A DNA stretch of 38,567 nt from Priapulus caudatus. Lineage: Eukaryota. A program made the translations under genes and the position numbers. The notes under the pieces were generated by a model, which made no database searches, was not told where the DNA came from, and saw only the letters and a program-made list of their open reading frames with translations. Where the stretch lies: NCBI RefSeq assembly GCF_000485595.1, contig NW_014577074.1, positions 1 through 38,567 of the forward strand. Direction: 5' to 3'. Positions 1 to 10,794 of the stretch are shown in pieces (positions within the stretch are counted from its first letter, which is position 1; each line of letters begins with the position of its first letter).

Positions 1-48
1 TATATATATATATATATTATTATTATTATTTATTATTTATTATTTATT

Positions 49-85
<37 letters not shown>
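1..85. repeat. Compound (TA)n/(TTA,TTTA)n/(TA)n microsatellite
   Basis: Read directly; the same compound tract recurs at ~9236-9330. Confidence 0.95.
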
Positions 86-86
<1 letters not shown>

Positions 87-404
87 GTACAATGCGTACG
101 TGCGTGCGCGAGAGAGCACGCGCATGCGTACGCACCCGCGTTTATACGCACACACGCGCGCACACACGTGCACACGCGCGCACGCTCAGCACATTCGAAA
201 ATCTGAGGCAACGAACATTCGGCCCATATTTCTGTTACCAACGAAACACGTTTCATGAATGCAGGAACATGGACAGTGATGAGCGTTTGCGTTTGCATGA
301 GTCCGGGTCGTGACCGGGTTTCTTCGCCCATAATATTATAGCAGTAAAATCGTACGCATGATAGGCCCCCACATGCGTACTCGTCTCGTGCTTATACAGC
401 TGTT

Positions 405-594
405 GGGCTATAGGTTTATATGGCTAGGGTTCATGGCTATTTAACGTGTATTTACGCCTATATGAGTTGGATTCAGTTCTATGTAGCTAATATTTACGTC
501 TATATAGCTTATATTTACGTTCATATGACTAATAATCATGTCAATATAGTATAGGATTCATGTTTATATAACTCATTGTCTCGTCTATATATCT
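405..594. repeat. Degenerate 21-bp minisatellite, ~9 units (type unit AATATTTACGTCTATATAGCT)
   Basis: Units start at 405, 426, 447, 468, 489, 510, 531, 553 and 574; a noisy equivalent lies at ~9665-9855. Confidence 0.7.
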
Positions 595-681
595 TTGCCT
601 AACATTCTATAACCGCTGAGCGGAGATCTTGCGCGCAGTTCCGCTGCAAGGCGCACGCGACCGCGGCAACGTTCTACGACA

Positions 682-982
682 GCCCCTCGATCAGGTAGCG
701 CATGCTTAATGCTCAGGTATACGCCCCTCGATCACGTACACCTGAGCATTAAGCATGCGCTACCTGATCGAGGGGCGTACACCTGAGCATTAAGCACGCG
801 CTACCTGATCGAGGGGCGTATACCTGAGCATTAAGCATGCGCTACCTGATCGAGGGGCGTACACCTGAGCATTAAGCATGCGCTACCTGATCAAGGGGCG
901 TACACCTGAGCATTAAGCATGCGCTACCTGATCGAGGGGCGTACACCTGAGCATTAAGCATGCGCTACCTGACCGAGGGGGC
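682..982 (+). repeat. 41-bp tandem repeat (TACACCTGAGCATTAAGCATGCGCTACCTGATCGAGGGGCG) x6, preceded by an inverted 54-bp piece
   Basis: Direct units start at 737, 778, 819, 860, 901 and 942; 682-735 is the reverse complement of ~1.3 units. No spacers. Confidence 0.97.
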
Positions 983-1517
983 ACACGTGACCGATGTTGA
1001 CGCACTGGTAATAGACGGTTGCATCAATATCTGCATGCATCGGTGCATAATCAGCCGAGAGACACGCGCATTATTTCTAATAACACGCTATCAATAATTA
1101 ATCGCAAACAATGACGTGAACTAATAACGTAGCCAGCGCGTTGCAATAAATTCTGCGTCCGTCTGGGGGGCAGGCGCATTCTCTCGTAAGTTGACATCAC
1201 ACCTTCATTTCTTAATTGCGCTGGCCTGCCATCGTCGACCTCACCGCCGCCGTCGCACGGACACTGTTCGCCCGTGGCAATGGCGATGATGATGCCAGCA
1301 GCCGATCGCGATGTTTGGTACGTATTTAGCCATCAGCAGATCTCGCGAAGCCGGGCTGTTTATTTGCGTTGTGCGCCAGAGCGGACGAGACGACGTCTTC
1401 GGTTTTTCCACAGCTTGCTTTGAGTCTCCTGCTCCACCCTTTTTCTGTCTCCGCCTCCTTCCCTTCCTCTGTCTGTCCCTTCTTTCCTATTTTCGTCTCT
1501 ATTTCTTTCCCCGTTCC

Positions 1518-1634
<117 letters not shown>

Positions 1635-2199
1635 NNNNNNNNNNNNNNNNNNNNNNNNNNNNNNNNNNNNNNNNNNNNNNNNNNNNNNNNNNNNNNNNNN
1701 NNNNNNNNNNNNNNNNNNNNNNNNNNNNNNNNNNNNNNNNNNNNNNNNNNNNNNNNNNNNNNNNNNNNNNNNNNNNNNNNNNNNNNNNNNNNNNNNNNNN
1801 NNNNNNNNNNNNNNNNNNNNNNNNNNNNNNNNNNNNNNNNNNNNNNNNNNNNNNNNNNNNNNNNNNNNNNNNNNNNNNNNNNNNNNNNNNNNNNNNNNNN
1901 NNNNNNNNNNNNNNNNNNNNNNNNNNNNNNNNNNNNNNNNNNNNNNNNNNNNNNNNNNNNNNNNNNNNNNNNNNNNNNNNNNNNNNNNNNNNNNNNNNNN
2001 NNNNNNNNNNNNNNNNNNNNNNNNNNNNNNNNNNNNNNNNNNNNNNNNNNNNNNNNNNNNNNNNNNNNNNNNNNNNNNNNNNNNNNNNNNNNNNNNNNNN
2101 NNNNNNNNNNNNNNNNNNNNNNNNNNNNNNNNNNNNNNNNNNNNNNNNNNNNNNNNNNNNNNNNNNNNNNNNNNNNNNNNNNNNNNNNNNNNNNNNNNN
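1635..2199. other. Assembly gap (565 N)
   Basis: N run. Confidence 1.
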
Positions 2200-2821
2200 T
2201 TTCCTTTTCCTTACTCCCCTTCTCTCCACGATCCTCTCTCTCTCTCTCTAGATCTCTCTGCGCAGCGATGGATTTTACACACTGTGTAGTGCGTAAGCTT
2301 ACGATCACTCGATGACCTACGATTAGTACGCCTATCGAGAAAAAATGTCGTTCGAGGTCACGTGACGAGGTAACCTTGCTGGTCACGTCGGCTTCCTCCG
2401 GGAATGTACACATGTAACGTTAGTCGTCGTCGTCTGTGACGGTCGACGTCACTGACAGATGTTACACGTCGGCGTGGCTAAATCTATAGCAACGTCTAGC
2501 CGACGCAGCGACGCAAACATGGCGGCGGTGCGTTAGTGTTTGCTATCAGTGCTTCCCCGCGCGCGGGGGAGGGGGGAGGCTAGGCTCTATATGCATAATT
2601 TTAGGTTTAATTGAACGAGCAGTGTTCGATCAGTCATCGTCAACGGTGATTTTATCCCGCGTTCGAATGCAGGCCACACCGGGAAAAACGCGAGTCGCTG
2701 TCTGAAACGATCGCGCGGCGCCTGCACCGAGCATAAAATACGCTGCCCCGCGTGTGTGCAAAACGCTCACTATCCACTGTACGTACGTACATGCACGCAT
2801 TACATTATCCAACAGCAGTAA

Positions 2822-2906
2822 TCGCAGCAGCAGCAGCAGCAGCGGCGGCGGCGACAGCGGTAGCGGTAGCGGTAGCGACAGCGGTAGCGGTAGCGGTAGC
2901 GGTAGC

Positions 2907-2991
<85 letters not shown>
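2822..2991. repeat. Compound trinucleotide tract GCA>GCG>GGTAGC>GTA>GTT
   Basis: Read directly; explains the poly-A/V/S/T ORFs. Confidence 0.95.
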
Positions 2992-3000
2992 ATTGGGCCA

Positions 3001-3320
3001 CGAGTGGTGATGATGTGGCGATGAAAGAGTGATTGAGAAATATTATGTAAGGTGTAGTGTTGTTTGTTGTTGTGTTGTTGTTGTTGATTGTGGTTGGTTG
3101 TTGTTGGTCGGTTGGTGTGGTCAGTGACGTCTATGTTGTCTTGTGAGTGCTTGTTGTGGTGTAGTTGCTGCTGCTGTGCTTGTGCTGCTGGTTGAGTGCG
3201 TGGTGCTACAACAACAACAACAACAACAACGCGACGACAACAACACAACACACCACAACAACAACAACAACAACAACAAAAACAATAACAACAACAACAA
3301 CAAACAACAACAATAACGAA
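3001..3320 (-). repeat. Noisy inverted copy of ~12395-12715, ending just before a single N at 3325
   Basis: GGTGATGATGTGGCGATGAA and TGGTGCTACAACAACAAC..GACGACAAC match the reverse complement of TTCATCGCCATCATCATCACC and GTCGTCGTTGTT..GTAGCACCA. Confidence 0.8.
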
Positions 3321-3325
3321 CAGGN

Positions 3326-6300
3326 TGCCTTTCTTCGTGCGGCGCGATCTCTTACCTTCTCGTGCGCGCGGATGTTCCTCCTTCTCGTTGCGCGCGGATG
3401 TCTCTACCTTCTCAACGTGCGCGCGATCTCTCTACCTTTCGTTCGCGCGCGATGTCTCTACCTTCTCCGTGCGTGCCGGATGTCTCTACCTTCTACGTCG
3501 CGCGTGGCACTATGTCTCTCCTTCTTACGTGCGTCGGAGTCTCTACCCTCTCGTGCGCCGGAGTCTCTGCCTTCTCCTATCGCGCGCGAATATCTCTGCC
3601 TTCTACGTGGTGCGTTGCGGACGTCTCTGCCTTCTACTGTGCGCGCGGAGTTCTCTACCTTCTCCGTGCGTGCGTGCGGAGAGTCTCTGCCTTCTCCGTG
3701 CGCCGCGGATGCCTCTACCTTCTCCGCTGCGCGCGAATGTCTCTGACCTCTCTCCGGCGCGCGCGATCTCTCTACCTGCTCCTTGCGTTGCGCTGCGTAT
3801 GTCTCGCCTCTCTCCGTTGCGTGCGGCGGATGTCTCTGCCTTCTCCCGTGCGCGCGGATATCTCTACATTCTACGTGCACCACGTTCGCCGCGGAGTGTC
3901 TTACCTTTCTACGTGCGTGCGATCGTCCTCTACCTTTCTACTGTCGCGCGCGATGTCTCTGCTTCTACGTGCCCGGATGTCTCTACCTTCTACGTGCGTC
4001 GCGCGCGATGTCTTTACTTCTACGTGCTGTTGCGGATGTCTCTGCCTTCTACGTGCGTGCGATGTCTCTACCTTCGACGTGCCCGCGGATGTCTCTGCCT
4101 TCTACGTGCGCGCGGATGTCTCTGCCTTCTCGTGCGTGCGGATGTCTCTGCTTCTACTGCGTGCGGCAGTGCTCTGCCTTCATACGTCGCTTGCGTTTAT
4201 GTCTCTGCCTTCTACGTTCGCACATTCGTGCGTGATGTCTCCTGCCTTCTACGCGCCGTGCGGGATGTCATCTACCTTTCTCCGTGCGCGCGCGATATCT
4301 CTACCTTCTACGTGCGTGCGTGCGGATGTCTCTGCCGTTTCTCCGTCGCGGCCGGATATCTCTACCTTCTACTGTAGCGTGCGCGCGCATCTCTTTACCT
4401 TCTACGTGCGTGCGGATGTCTCTGCCTTCTACGTGGTGCGGATGTCTCTACCTTCTAACGTGCCGCGATGTCTCTGCCTTCTACGTCCGCGCGCGGATGT
4501 CTCTGCCTTCTCCGTGCGTGCGAGTCTCTGCCTTCTACTGCTGCGTTTATGCTCTGCCTGTTCTACTGTGCGGCGGATGTCTTCTTGCCTTCTCCGTGCG
4601 GCGCGCGGATGTCTCTCCTTCTAGGTCGTTGGGATGTCTCTTGCCTTCTACGCGCGTGCATTGTCTCTACCTTCTCCGTGCGTGCGTTGCGAGATGTCTC
4701 TACCTTCTCCGTGCGTGCGGATGTCTCTACCTTCTCGTGGCCGCGGACGTCTCTGCTTCTCCGTGCGTGCGGATGTCTCTGTAACTTCGCGCGCGTGCGC
4801 GCGGATGTTCTCTACCTTCTCTGTGCGCGCGTGCGGAGTGTCTCTAGCCTTCTCGGCGTGCGGATGCTTCTCTACCCTTCTCCGTTGCGGCGCTGCGGAC
4901 TGTCTCTACCTTCTCCGTGCGCGTGGATGTCTCTACTTCTACGTGCGTGCGTCGCCGATGTCTCTGCCTTTCCGTGCGTTGCGATGTCTCTTGCCTTCTC
5001 CGTCGCTACGCGGATGTCTCTACCTTCTCCGTGCGTCGCGGGATGTCTCTACCTTCTCCGTGCGTGCGGATATCTCTACCTTCTACGTGCGTGCGCTGCG
5101 AGTCTCTAACCTTCTCCGTGCGTGCGGATGTCTTTACCTTCGCCGTGCGCGCGATGTCTCTGCCTTCTCGTGCGTGCGAGTCTCTAACTTCGGCGCGCCC
5201 GTGCCCGCGGAGTTGGCGCTACCTTCCTCAACTCTCTAAACCTACACCACCACCCGCGTGCGCGCGTGCGATGCTTCTTGCCATTCTCCGTGCCGGTGCG
5301 GATGTCTCTACCTTTCCGTCGTGCGCCTCGAATGTCCTCTACCTTCTCCGTGCGCGTGGATGTCTCTCTTCTCGTGTGCGTTGCGGATTCTCTAACTTTG
5401 CTGCGCTGTGGCCGCGGATGTCTCTGCCTTCCTCCTTGGCGCAGCGAGTGTCTCTACCTTCTACCGTGCCGCGGATGTCTCTGCCTCTCACCCCGTGCGT
5501 GCGGATGTCTCTGCCTTCTAGTGCGCGTGATTCTCTCTACCATTTCTCCGTGCGTGCGGATGTCTCTGCCTTCTCGTGCTTGTGCGCTGCGCTATGTCTC
5601 TACCTTCGACCTGCGTGCGGATGTCTTCTACCTTCTACGTGGCGTGGGATGTCTCTACCTTCGCTCGCGCGCGGATGTCTTTGCCTTCTCGTGCGCGCGA
5701 TGTCTCTACCTTCTCCGTGCGTGCGCGATGTCTCTGCTTCCTCCCGTGCGTGCGTGCGATGTCATCTACCTCTCTACCTGCGTGCGGATGTCTCTACCTT
5801 CTACCCTGGCGTGCGGATCGTCTCTACCTTCTCCGTCGCGCGCGGATGGTCTCTACCTTCGCGTGCGCGCGGATGTCTCTTCTCCGCTCGTCTGCGCGGA
5901 TGTCTCTGCTTCTCCGTGCGTGCCTGCGGATGTCCTCTACCTTCTACCTGCTTGCCGGATGTCTCTACCTTCTACCTGCGTGCGGGATGTCTCTACCGTC
6001 TCCTGCGTGGGATGTCTCTGCTTCTCCGTGCGTGCGTTGCGGTATTCTAACTACCTTCTACCTGCGTGCGGATGTCTTTACTTCTACCTGCGTGCGGAGG
6101 TCTCTACCTTCTCGTCGCGCGATGTCTCTACCTTCGCGTGCGCGCGGATTCTTTGCCTTCTCCGTCGCCGCGGAGATGTCTCTGCTTTTACGTACGGCGC
6201 GCGGACGTCTCTACTTCTCCGTCGCGCGGGAGTGTCTCTGCCTTTTTTACGCGCGTTGATGTCTCTGCCGTCTCCCGTGCGCGTTCGACTGTCTCTACCT

Positions 6301-7310
6301 TTTACGTTGCGCGGATGTCTCTACTTCGCCGTGCGCGCGGATGTCTTTGTGCCTTTCTACGTGCGCACGAGGAGTGTCTCGCCTTCTCCGTGCGTGCGCG
6401 GTGATGTCTCTACCTTCTACCGTGCGCGGATGTCTCTACCTTCTACTGGTGTAGATGTCTCTGCTTCTCCGTGCCGTCGCGGATGTCTCTGCCTTCTACC
6501 TGCGGCGGCATGTCTCTACCTTCGCCGTAGCGCGCGGATGTCTTGGGCCTTCTAACCGTGCGTGCGGATGTCTCGCCTCTACGTGCGCGCGATGTCTCTA
6601 CCTTCTAACGTGCCTCCGCGATGTCTTTGCCTTCTACCCTGCGCGAGGATGTCTCTGCCTTCTTCCGTGCGTGCGGAGTATCCTGCCTTCTACGTGCGTG
6701 GATGTTTCTGCCTTCTCCGTGCGTTCGGGAGTCTCTACCTTCTACGTGCGGTGCCCGGGGATGTCTCTGCCTTCTTCCGTGCGTGCGGATGTCTCTACCT
6801 TCTCTATGCCGCGCGATGTCTCTGCCCTTCTACCGTGCGCGCGGATGTCTCTGCTTGCTACGTGCGTGCGTATGTTTCTGCCTTCTCGTGCTTGCGTTTG
6901 ATATCTCTACCTTCTCCGTGCGTGCGCGCGGATATCTCTGCCTTCTCCGTGCCTGCGGTATGTCTCTGCCTTCTCGTGCGTGCGGAGTCTCTGCCTATCT
7001 CGGCGTGCTGCGGATGTCTCTCCTTCTACCTGTGCGTCGGGCGGAGTCTCTCCTTTAGTCGTGACGGATGTCTTGCCTTCTACGTGCGATGGGATGTCTC
7101 TGCCTTCTCCGTGCGTGCGGAATGTCTCTGCCTTTTCCGGCGTCGCGTGCGATGTCTCTGCCTTCTCGTGCGTGCGATGTCTCTGCCTTCTCCGTGCGTT
7201 CGTGCGGATGTTCTCTCCTTCTCCGTGCGCTGCGGATGTCTCTGCCTTCACGTGCGTCGCGCGGATGTCTCTACCTTTCTCCGTGCTGTGCGCGTGGATT
7301 GTCTCTGCCC
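3326..7310 (+). repeat. ~27-bp satellite, consensus GCGGATGTCTCTRCCTTCTMCGTGCGY, roughly 140-150 noisy copies
   Basis: GATGTCTCT(A/G)CCTTCT(A/C)CGTGCG recurs every ~27 bp with scattered 1-bp indels; copy number estimated from length. Confidence 0.95.
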
Positions 7311-7712
7311 TGTCCTTGTCGATGCGCGTCATTCTGCGCGTGACGTGGCGTCGGCGACCGTCATTGTCTTCGGGTCTCTTCTGCCGACATTCGCCGACGA
7401 ATGTTTCGAATCGGATCAGCGTCGACTTTAGAAATCGAAGTTTATTTTGAAAGGTTCTCTCTCTCCCTCACCCAGTGGCGCGGTCGGGCGGAGGTGCGCA
7501 CGTGTGGCTAAATATAGTGTCGGACGCGCCTCTGGGCGGTAGCCTCGCGGGCATGCTGTCGCACCTCGTATGGGCGCGTGTGGGTTTCCTGAGTCGCAAA
7601 TATGTCGATAAAGGAGATAAGATTTAGCCGTTTTTTGCCTTCTCTCGAAATCTTGCATATTTAAGTGGATCAATATACATTTCGCACTCTCGCGGGCGTC
7701 CAACACGCGCAG

Positions 7713-8850
7713 TCTGATGCTGTTGCATCTGCTCTTGCTGCTGCTGTTGCTGCAATGTCGCTGCCCCCTCTACTGCTGCTGCTCCTACTGCTGCTGTTGC
7801 CGCCGCCGCCGCTGATGCTGCTGATGTCGATGTCGCTGCCGCCTCTACTGCTGCTGCTCCTACTGCTGCTGTTGCCGCCGCCGCCCCGCTGATGCTGTTT
7901 GCCTGAGGTCCGCGCCGGCTCTACTGCTGCCCTGCCTCTACTGCCACTGCTGTTTGCCGCGCCGCGCTTGATTGCTGCTGATGTCGATTCCTGCCGCCTC
8001 TACTACTGCTGCTGCTGCTGGCCTACTGGTGTGCTCGCTGCTATCTGCTGCCTACTGCTACTGCTACTGCTACTGCTACTGCTACTTGCTACTGCCTACT
8101 GCTATGCCTACTGCTACTGCTACCGCTTGCCCTACCGCTTCTACTGTACTCTACTACTAATTGCAAATGCTACATGCTACTTCTACTGCCTTACTGTACT
8201 GCTACCTGCTACTGCTACTGCTACTGCTACTGCTACTGCCTACTGTACTGCCTACTGCCTACTGCCCTACTGGTACTGCTCTGCGTACTGCTATTGCTAC
8301 TGCTACTGCCTACTCTACTGCTCTTGCTACTGACTGCTACTGCTTACTGCTGCCTGCTATTGTTGCTACTGCAGCTACTTCTACTGCTACCGCGACCGCT
8401 ACGACTACGCTACTGCTACCTGCTATTCTACTGCGTACTGCTACTGCTACTGCTACTGCCTACTGCTACTGCTACTGCACTCTAACTGTTACTGCTACTG
8501 CTACTGCTACTGCTGCTGCTACTGCTACTGTTGTTTTTGCCTCTGACGCCGCCGCCTCCGCAGCCGCTGCTGCCACGCGTACTACAGTTGTTGTTTCTCA
8601 TGCAGCTGCCGTTATTGTTGTTGTCGTTCTGCTGCTGCTACTGCTGCTACTGCTACTGTTGCTGTTACTGCTACTGCTACTGCTACTGCTACTGCTACTG
8701 CTACTGCTACTGCTACAGCTACTTCTGCTACTGCCTACTGCTACCCGCTGCGCTGCCGCTACTGGCTACTAGCTACTATCTGCTTACTACTACCTGCCTG
8801 CTGCTGCTGCTATTATTTCTACCACTACTAGTGCTGCTACTTCTGCAGCC
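7713..8850. repeat. (CTG/CTA)n and (CTACTG)n low-complexity tract with a 75-bp higher-order repeat at its left end
   Basis: ATGTCGCTGCC.CCTCTACTGCTGCTGCTCCTACTGCTGCTGTTGCCGCCGCCGCC starts at 7755 and 7830, with decayed copies near 7905 and 7987. Confidence 0.9.
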
Positions 8851-8942
8851 ACAACCCCGTTGTGATTTGACAAATCTGTCTCGATTGTCTCCCCATCGAA
8901 GGTCCACCCGAACCCTGCCTACAGGGTGCGCGATCGAGAACA

Positions 8943-9225
8943 ACAAACACGCAGTTATAAATAATAATAGGACGCGCACAACTCATGAATCCAATTTGGC
9001 AAATTGCATATTTTTTCGATCGCTTATTCATTGCCGTTCCAGAGCCGCCCGCTGAAGTTGACCTCTCGTGTCCGGAAATTATATTCGTAGTGTCAGTCGG
9101 AATCGCGCAAAAATTGGTTGGACCCACCGAAACACTCAGTGACGAGCAAATCGAGTTTCAATCACGGGCGAAGAGGTTTAGGGTTTATTTAGATCCAACA
9201 TGTAACCGAATGCAGATTACCTCAT
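8943..9225 (+). mobile_element. Decayed non-LTR retrotransposon (L2/Crack/CR1-like) reverse-transcriptase C-terminal fragment
   Basis: Motifs in canonical order across frameshifts: NTQL*I (8946, cf. YADDTQLY), NLANCI (8993), LKL (9052)..EIIF (9075, cf. LKLNxxKTE), then LSDEQIEFQSRAKR-[LG in adjacent frame]-VYLDPT..QIT (cf. AKNLGVxLDxxL). Confidence 0.6.
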
Positions 9226-9290
9226 TCGTTGTGATTATATATATATATATATATATATTTATTTATTTATATTTATTTATTTATTATAAT

Positions 9291-9330
<40 letters not shown>

Positions 9331-9947
9331 CGTACAATGCGTACAGTGCGTGCGCGAGAGAGCACGCGCATTGCGTACGCACCCGGTTTATACGCACACA
9401 CGCGCGCCACACTGCACACCGGCCGCCTCAGCACATTCGAAAATCTGGACGGCCAACGAACATTCGGCCCATATCTTCTGTCTACCAACGAACACGTTTC
9501 ATGAATGCAGGAACATGGACAGTGATGATCGTGGCTTTGCATGAGTGAGTCCGGCGGTCGTGACCGACGTTTCTTGCCCTAAGTTTATAGCGTAAAATCG
9601 TACGCATGATAGGCCCCACATTTGCGTACTCGTCTTCGTGCTTAAGTTACGCTGTTTTTTTTTTTGGGCTATAGGTTTAGAGGCTAGGGTTCATGTGCTA
9701 TTTAACGTGTATTTACGCCTATCATGAGTTGGATCAGTTCTATGTAGCTAATATTTACTCTTACTGTAGTTATATTTACGTTCTGTACTAATAAATGCAT
9801 GTCAATATAGTATAGGTTCATGTTTTATATTAACTCATTGTCTCTTTATATCTTTGCCTAACATTCTTATAACGCTGAGCGCGAGGATTCTTGCCGCGCA
9901 GTTTCCGCCTGCGAAGGCGCACGCGACCGCGGCAACGTTCTACGACA

Positions 9948-10794
9948 GTGATCGAGGGGCGTACACCTGAGCATTAAGCATGCCGCTACCTGATCGAGGG
10001 GCGTACACCTGAGCTTAAGCATGCGCTACCTGATCGAGGGGCCGTACACCTGAGCATTAAGCATGCGCTACCTGATCGAGGTGCGTATACCTGAGCTAAG
10101 CATGCGCTCTACCTGATCGAGGGGCGTACACGAGCATTAGCATGCGCTGACCTGATCGCAGGGCCGTACACCAAGAGCATTAAGCTATGCGCCTACCTGA
10201 TCGAGGCCGCGACACCTGCAGCATTAAAGCACGCGGCTACCTGATCGCAGGGTCTGCTAGCACCGTGAGCATTAATGCACGCGCTTACCTGATGAGGGCG
10301 TCACCTGAGCATTCAGCATGCGCTACACTGATCCGAGGGGCGTACACTGAGCATTAAGCATGCTGCTACCTGATCAAGGGCGGCGTATACCTGAGCATTA
10401 AGCATGCCACCGGATCGAGGGCGTACACCTGAACATTAAGCATGCGTCTACCTGAATCGAGGCCGTACACCTGAGCATTAAGCAATTGCGCTACCTGATC
10501 AAGAGGCGTATACCTGGGGAGCATTAAGCATTGCGCACCTGATCGAGGGAGGTACACCTGGCATATAAGCATTCGCCTACCTGATTCGAGGGCGTACACC
10601 TGATAGCACGCGTACCTGAGCGAGGGCGTTATACCGTGAGCATTAACATGCTCTACCTGATCGAGGTCGTACACCTGAAGCATTAAGCATGCGCTATCCT
10701 GATCACAGGGTCACCTGAGCATTAACGCATTGCGCTACCTGATCCGAGTGGGCGGTACACGTGAGCATAAGCCTGCGCACCTGACCGAGGGGGC
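9948..10794 (+). repeat. 41-bp tandem repeat, ~20 noisy units, all in direct orientation
   Basis: Same unit as 737-982; ~846 bp / 41. Confidence 0.95.

Noticed and set aside
682..982. 41-bp repeats (also 9948-10794) as a CRISPR array
   Set aside because: Units abut with no unique spacers, variation in copy B is indel noise, there are no cas genes, and the context is eukaryotic.
3337..7450. Long overlapping Cys/Arg-rich plus-strand ORFs as CDS
   Set aside because: All three plus frames of the 27-mer lack stops, so long ORFs arise trivially; there is no unique domain.
7428..7706. THAP-like 'EARPTLYL' in the 92-aa minus-strand ORF
   Set aside because: No CxxxC or CxxHF zinc ligands at THAP spacing.
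8912..8928. ACCCTGTAG on the minus strand resembling the miR-10 5' end
   Set aside because: The sequence diverges after 9 nt and forms only a 6-bp local stem, not a pre-miRNA.
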